64,000 nt of DNA, taken from NCBI GenBank assembly GCA_051294905.1, contig CM119372.1, positions 33,852,001 through 33,916,000 of the forward strand. The letters run 5' to 3'. Source of the DNA: Botryllus schlosseri (lineage: Eukaryota). Numbering within the stretch: the first letter of the stretch is position 1; every line of letters starts with the position of its first letter. This document shows positions 58,324 through 64,000 of this stretch, piece after piece. The notes beneath the pieces are model-generated. The model searched no databases and was not told where the DNA came from. It saw only the letters and a list, made by a program, of their open reading frames with translations. Both the position numbers and the translations under genes were made by a program.

Positions 58324-61300
58324 CTATGCTACATAAAAGCCATCTGTCTTGATAGCAAGTTTTAACTTTGATTCCAAAGCTTCTTTGCGAGTGTACCGTG
58401 GCAAATCCAGTACATTGAAGCAGGTATGAGCAACTGGTAGGTAATCATTAATATTTTCATTGCCATCCTTCATTTTTGGCTTGATGACCAGTTTTAATCC
58501 AGTGATGGGGATTTTACTGGTGCCAGTTAAGAAGCGAACAAACGCCTTCTTGTCCTCGGCTGTCAACGAATGGAACACCTGCCAAAACCATATGATTACT
58601 TTTGCTTTTTTGACGTACCCGTCCGCATAAACCGTCACTTTTTCCAATTCTCGCCAGTCGTAATTTTGGTTTCCGACTACCATCTCCCTCAGCTCCTCAG
58701 GACGGAATAAATCCAAAATTCGGCCACCGCAGACCCGCAAAAATCCGTTTTTAAAACATTTAAATTGAGACCAAACTGACTTATCAAATATGTGTTCCAC
58801 ATAAGCAGTTATGTATACGTCACGATTTTTGACAGTAACCGGGATGTTCTCTCCATTTTCGATAAGTTCCTTGGACTCAGAAATTGTAAAATCAAGCCCA
58901 AATACTTCTTCTACTGTTGAATTATCATCTTCTTCAAAATCTCCAAGTTGCTGCAAACTACTACCCAGTATTGGATCTAGTTCAAGCAAGTCTGACAGAA
59001 TCGTTTCCATTCCTAGAAGCTTCTTATATAACGCCAGTGGGAAGTTGATGTCGACTATTGTGCCATGGTACACAGCAAGGCCACAGAGTAGTCCTACCAA
59101 ATCGTACATATCATCTGTTCCAAGGCAATCATCATTGAACCACAAAAGATTTGAGTCCTCAAACTGGCGAAACATGCCGTACTTGGGATTTAATATTTCC
59201 CTCACGAGAAGCATAAAAAACTCTTTTTGCACACCACCATAATCCTGGCCTTCCTCCCCAACAAACCTAACATATAAAGGACGCTTCAAGTTTCCTGCGT
59301 CTCGCAATTTGCTAATTGCGTCTTCTAGCAGTCTCTCACGTCTTATATCAATTACTAAACCCGGATTTGTAACAGTATTCCCTCTTCCAGATAACATGGC
59401 CAAAAAATTTTGTTGACATGTACTCAAGACTGCTTCCTCCCTTTGAATGTCAGTGTCAACTTTTAGGAGAATGACTTTCAGTTTCAAATCGTAGACAAAA
59501 GGATAACGAGAGAAACAGAATTCCCTCTTTATGTTCAGTGCCCACTGTAGGGGAAGCAAATCATTTAATTGCGGTATGTAGAATTTTCGAAAATCTACAA
59601 TGCTTGCAGTACTGTTGACACGGTACATCTTTTCCATGAACTTCAAAAGAATTGCAATTTTCTCTAATTTAAGATCTGGTTGTAGGTCTCTTTTCAGAGT
59701 TGAGGCAATGCATTCTTGACACATCTGCACGGGCGACAGGAATAAGTCAGAATCAAGCGTCCGGTACCATTGTTCCAAAATGTAAGAAGGTTTCTCCGCA
59801 AGATTCAAAAGCTTTTCCACAAATGGAAGCAAAATACTGTCATGATATTCAGGGATACGAAAGATTTCGCATTCCGGCAATAGAAGATATATTCGTAGTG
59901 TCTCAATAGAATGAGGATTCGGCAGCAGAGACGGCAGCAAAACCTGGCTCAAATGGGTTTCAATAATTTGCAGCAGTTGCTCATTTTTCTGCTCCATCAA
60001 CATTGAAAAGAACTTCCTGGCTTGCATGAGGTTTAGACCATGATATTCGTCGCCGGTGGTGTGATGATTCTTGGCCAGAAAAGAAGAATTGAAACAGCTT
60101 TGCGAACGCATCGTGCAGTCTAGCCATTGTGTGAATGTAGCTGGAAGTTGTCGTGATGGGCTTATCTGAGAAGCCTGATGGCATCTTGAGGTGTCAATGG
60201 TCCAAGGTTGTCTGTGCAACACTGGAATTTCAAAGCTCCTCAACGAATCACCAGTTATTGCCAGACTCTGATTTCCACAAGCAGAAATCTGTATGATTTT
60301 ATAGGAAGAATTTGATGACTTCCAAAGCCCATCGACAATAGTAGGCACATCAAGATATTCCAATTTCCTCTTTTGACCGAGCTGCCCTTTTTTGCCATCA
60401 CCCCATACAAAAATATTGGCGGAATCAGGAACGTATGCCATTGTGTGCATTTTTCCACATGCAATTTGTGTTACAACACTCCCTATCAACTCAGACACTC
60501 GCTCAGGTACCACAACAGGTTCCAAAACTCTACCGTTGCCAAGTTGTCCTTTACTTGACGATCCGAAAGTGAACAACTGGCCATCATGGCTCAGGACTGC
60601 ACTGTGATAATGCCCACCGGCTGCAAACGTCACTGCCAGTGATCCTGGCATATGTAAGGGACATGGAACGTTACGATTATTCCGATCACCCAGTCCAAGC
60701 TGGCCAAAGTCATTTCTGCCCCAACAAAACACTGTTCCAGACACAGTTACACAAAAAGAGTGCCATCCACACGCTACAATTTGTGCAATTGGTAAGCCAG
60801 TCAACAATGAGACTTCACTAGGTTCTGATGTAGGCTCGTAAGTGGTAATACCGAGCTGTCCATAAGAATTGTCACCCATAGAATAGACAGAACCATCGTT
60901 CAACAAAACCAATGTATGTGATATGCCACAGGATATTTGCACAACTTGCTTATCCGACGGAAGGGAAACATTTCTTGGAATGCTCACATGGATTTCTGAA
61001 TCATCTTTCCAACCTAACTGTCCGTAATTATTCTCGCCCCAGCCATACGCACGGCCATCATCAGCAACAGCAAACATGTGGTTTCCGCCCGCAAATACAT
61101 CAACGATTTTCAACGGTTGTAAAGTCGGAACGACTTTCAAACTAGTTGCAATCTCCTGCAACAAACTGCCAGATATGTCATTCGCTGCTAATATCGGATT
61201 TTCAAAAACAGTGACGGAACCATCTTCATCGAGGACACAGCATTGATGCTCACCGATAGCCAGAACCTTCATGTTTTCAAGTATAGCATCGCCTTGAGGT

Positions 61301-61374
61301 AGTTCGGTAGGCAATAAAATATCTCTGCCGAGGTCATGGTATGATCCAATTGAGTTGTCGCCCCAAACAAGCAT
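58324..61374 (-). CDS. HERC4: Small-HERC (HERC3/4-like) E3 ubiquitin ligase copy C, 1016 aa, intronless CDS
   Basis: ATG at 61374 (MLVWGDN, like HERC4 MLCWGN; the ORF track extends to a GTG at 61389); RCC1 repeats; HECT with canonical LPVAHTCFNVLDLP and terminal GFYVA. Confidence 0.95.
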   Translation of the reverse strand: MLVWGDNSIGSYHDLGRDILLPTELPQGDAILENMKVLAIGEHQCCVLDEDGSVTVFENPILAANDISGSLLQEIATSLKVVPTLQPLKIVDVFAGGNHMFAVADDGRAYGWGENNYGQLGWKDDSEIHVSIPRNVSLPSDKQVVQISCGISHTLVLLNDGSVYSMGDNSYGQLGITTYEPTSEPSEVSLLTGLPIAQIVACGWHSFCVTVSGTVFCWGRNDFGQLGLGDRNNRNVPCPLHMPGSLAVTFAAGGHYHSAVLSHDGQLFTFGSSSKGQLGNGRVLEPVVVPERVSELIGSVVTQIACGKMHTMAYVPDSANIFVWGDGKKGQLGQKRKLEYLDVPTIVDGLWKSSNSSYKIIQISACGNQSLAITGDSLRSFEIPVLHRQPWTIDTSRCHQASQISPSRQLPATFTQWLDCTMRSQSCFNSSFLAKNHHTTGDEYHGLNLMQARKFFSMLMEQKNEQLLQIIETHLSQVLLPSLLPNPHSIETLRIYLLLPECEIFRIPEYHDSILLPFVEKLLNLAEKPSYILEQWYRTLDSDLFLSPVQMCQECIASTLKRDLQPDLKLEKIAILLKFMEKMYRVNSTASIVDFRKFYIPQLNDLLPLQWALNIKREFCFSRYPFVYDLKLKVILLKVDTDIQREEAVLSTCQQNFLAMLSGRGNTVTNPGLVIDIRRERLLEDAISKLRDAGNLKRPLYVRFVGEEGQDYGGVQKEFFMLLVREILNPKYGMFRQFEDSNLLWFNDDCLGTDDMYDLVGLLCGLAVYHGTIVDINFPLALYKKLLGMETILSDLLELDPILGSSLQQLGDFEEDDNSTVEEVFGLDFTISESKELIENGENIPVTVKNRDVYITAYVEHIFDKSVWSQFKCFKNGFLRVCGGRILDLFRPEELREMVVGNQNYDWRELEKVTVYADGYVKKAKVIIWFWQVFHSLTAEDKKAFVRFLTGTSKIPITGLKLVIKPKMKDGNENINDYLPVAHTCFNVLDLPRYTRKEALESKLKLAIKTDGFYVA

Positions 61375-61659
61375 CGTCGAAATTGCCACGTTAAAATACT
61401 CAGTTGCTAAATATAGTTTGTAGCATATTGTTTTTAACCTGGGTAGTTGAAAAACAAAGGGTTAGATCAGTGGTTCCCAATGTGGGCAATATAACCAACA
61501 GTGGGTGATTTTGAGTAGCAAGGGGGCGAAAACATTAGAACGCCCTGTGAGATATATATTTAATTAACATGACCAGAAAATACACATGAATACGGCTAAT
61601 TCTGCATATTTGACACGAAAAAAAGTCAATTCAGTGAAAAGTAGATGCGGAAATCGTTT

Positions 61660-61800
61660 TTGCGAGCACCTACTACGTATCCAGAAACCACGGAACATTT
61701 TTTAATCTACTGCCCAAAATATGAGGGCAATCGTAATTTCCTTGTTGCGAAATGTGTCAAATTAAATGATGAATTCTGCCTTAAAATTCTCCCACTGAGG
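61660..61800 (+). mobile_element. LINE ORF2 C-terminal (zinc-knuckle) fragment inside the hAT element
   Basis: ETTEHFLIYCPKYEGNRNFL matches the ET.EH.L..CP.Y...R motif of non-LTR retrotransposon ORF2. Confidence 0.6.
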
Positions 61801-62048
61801 ACAAAATTATTGCATTCACCATTGAATTCGTATTATCCTGCATCCGCCATTTATGAATAGCCGTGACTGCTTTATTTTCCCACCGCACCGATATTTCCTC
61901 TTTTTGACCAGGATATTTTTTCGTGGTGCTGAAATGCTATTTAACAATATTATTATTATTCTATCCATTACGTACGCCATCATTGTCTGCTTTTTATTTC
62001 TTCTGTCGCATTTATTGACAGTGGTGCAAAAGATCAAAAGGTGATAAG

Positions 62049-62451
62049 TAGGGCAAGTTTTTGTTGCAGTTAAATCCGCGGAAAGTTGCATTTATTTATT
62101 TATTTTTGACAAAAGTTGCACTAAAAGACCATATTTTGCTCGGTTGACTAAAAAAAAAAGGTCAATTTACCGGCTCAGCTCCCGAAATACCCGTACTTCG
62201 GTGCTGATTTATGGCGTTTCAGTCGAATTTGGCTGTGTATTTCACCAAAACTGAAAATACTTGCATGAAAAATCGAAAAAGTTGCAAAATGTTGCAAAGA
62301 GTTGCATGAAAAAAATGGACAAAAGTTGCAAAAAGTTGCACTATAAGATACCTTCAAACAACTTAAAACAGCATTCTACATATCTCAAGAGTAATTAGGA
62401 AGCTGCCGGAAGCTGTAAAAAAAGTTGCAAAAGTTGCAAAAACTTGCCCTA
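62049..62451. mobile_element. TAGGG-type hAT MITE nested in 61468-62667
   Basis: TAGGGCAAGTTTTTG / CAAAAACTTGCCCTA; TSD GTGATAAG / GGGATAAG; AAAGTTGCA subterminal repeats. Confidence 0.88.
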
Positions 62452-63549
62452 GGGATAAGCACTAAATTTTTCTTTTAATAAACAACAGCGACAACAATGA
62501 GAACCTACTCGGAAAATGACCTTTTTTTGTCCATTCGCCAGCGATCGGAGTTATGTGAATAAATGCCCCGTTTACGTCTTCTTTTTCGGATCCGTAAATA
62601 TGGGGGGAGAAAATTTATATCGAGTTTGATAAGGGGGCGATGAGACGAAAAAGGTTGGGAACCACAGGGTTAGATGATTCATTTAAAGCCATGGAATGGA
62701 TCACATCCGATAATACGAATGAAGATGCAACACAAATATTCGATGGTCATCATCATCAATCAATGTCACAAGCTGATATCTCACCTGCAAATATCATAAT
62801 CCAGCAACAGAAAGAGTCTGAGACAGTAGTAGAGAAATCAGCAAACACAGGCCAGATACGCCCCACAAGCTGCTTCGTAGTCATTTGCTGTGATGTTGTA
62901 GGTCTACACGTCTCGACGCCTTACCGCAGTTTCATGAAATCGTTTCAAACCATTTAAACTGAAGCAAGTGTGTCTACTTTAGTAGCCTAATTGTAAACAG
63001 TACTAACATATCTTTCAAATAACTTGTCGCAATCAGAGGGGGATCATTCTTGCCAGAAGTGGTTATTTTGGAAGTATAAAGTAGATTTTTTTTAGTTGAA
63101 GGCTACCACTTAGTCACTGGTTATGTTTTTAGGCTACTTCCACTTCAGCTTTTTCAAATTTTATTTTTTACTTTAAACAGTTTATCAAGCAATTTGAATT
63201 TGGAAAGTAAAGGTAGATATGTTTGCATTATTTTTATGAGCGAAATGCCACCGGTGATGGAATTGCCCGTACCGAAAACATAGGCTACTTCGAAATGGAA
63301 TCTAGTAAATTAAGGATTAGCGACTCACCGGTTCAGAATTCTTCATGAAATGGTAGGTATATTTGATGACTGGAAAATTGACCCGAAAGTTTGATTTTTC
63401 TCATACACCAGGTTCAACTCAAGCCAGGTCATTTTGGGGCAGTGACTCACAACGAGAGACATCCCAACGCTGGTCAGTAACAAACTAGGCTACTTCTACG
63501 TTTTTTTCAAGTAGGCCTACTCTAGTGGGTTTTGCCTGCTTGCACCAAC

Positions 63550-63860
63550 AAATAGAGTGCTTCCGCATATGTTTTTAGACTGCTGCAAATGCTACTCGAA
63601 TGGTTGTAACGCAAAACTACTCACTATATCAATTTCATTTCAATCCGTATCAAAAGTGCACAAGTACGACACACGCGCGTCCTCGTCGTCCAACTACCTG
63701 ATGGCAGCCAAAAAAAGATCATTGCTTCATCAAATATGCCGGACCGGATTTGTGGAACGGTATCTCACCGGCTATCCGACAGTCATCGAGCATGTCCAGA
63801 GTCCACATTTAAGTCGAAATACACACCTGTCCTTTATGTTATCTTCTTTTACTTTTTATT
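63550..63860 (+). mobile_element. Decayed LINE (CR1/L2-like) RT C-terminal fragment
   Basis: NRVLPHMF.., VHKYDTR, then frameshifted IKYAGPDLWNGISPAIRQS. Confidence 0.65.
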
Positions 63861-64000
63861 CAGCGTGCATGTCGACTTTTTTATATCACCTAGTCCAGGT
63901 GGGTGTCTGAATTCAAAGACTACTACTCCAAGTTGTTTCGACACCTTCTTATCTTTCATTGTATCGCAGTCTTGTGGTGTTTTGGAATGATGAAATTTTC

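Larger units (their letters stand above)
61468..62667. mobile_element. Buster-type hAT element (1200 bp) just upstream of HERC copy C
   Basis: CAGTGGTTCCCAA / TTGGGAACCACAG; perfect TSD GGTTAGAT. Confidence 0.9.

Noticed and set aside
6771-61374. Functional link between the PPxY membrane protein and the neighbouring HECT ligases
   Set aside because: PPxY binds WW domains of NEDD4-type HECTs; these HERCs have no WW domains, and eukaryotic adjacency is not evidence of a pathway.
62684-62957. Plus-strand open frame AMEWITSDNT...
   Set aside because: No homology recognised; its phase does not join the 57829 donor; could be chance or HERC-C UTR sequence.
1-64000. CRISPR arrays, operons or bacterial defence systems
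   Set aside because: No regularly spaced repeat-spacer units; the sequence is eukaryotic with spliceosomal introns.

Overview
AT-rich eukaryotic (metazoan, probably invertebrate; species cannot be fixed from sequence alone) genomic DNA with spliceosomal introns and a heavy load of non-autonomous transposons; no prokaryotic features or CRISPR arrays. Genes reconstructed by hand: (1) a 5-exon Shisa-like single-pass membrane protein with a PPPPY motif (+, 6771-16163, 265 aa), which the ORF track misses; (2) an intronless POLR3E/RPC5 (-, 23148-25088); (3) an 11-exon POMT2 protein O-mannosyltransferase (-, 31705-46669, 712 aa, all phases consistent); (4) a tandem cluster of three small-HERC (RCC1-like + HECT) E3 ligase genes with intronless CDS (-): two intact, one broken by two nonsense codons and a 1.7-kb hAT insertion. 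The most striking feature is the HERC cluster: all copies appear to lack the HECT E2-contact hairpin, two have His->Arg next to the catalytic Cys, and the HECT N-lobe is more diverged between paralogs than the RCC1 core. The rest of the window holds many hAT MITEs with 8-bp TSDs (often nested), a probable CACTA element, pogo-like elements, a 617-bp foldback, tRNA-derived SINEs, and Penelope and LINE remnants.
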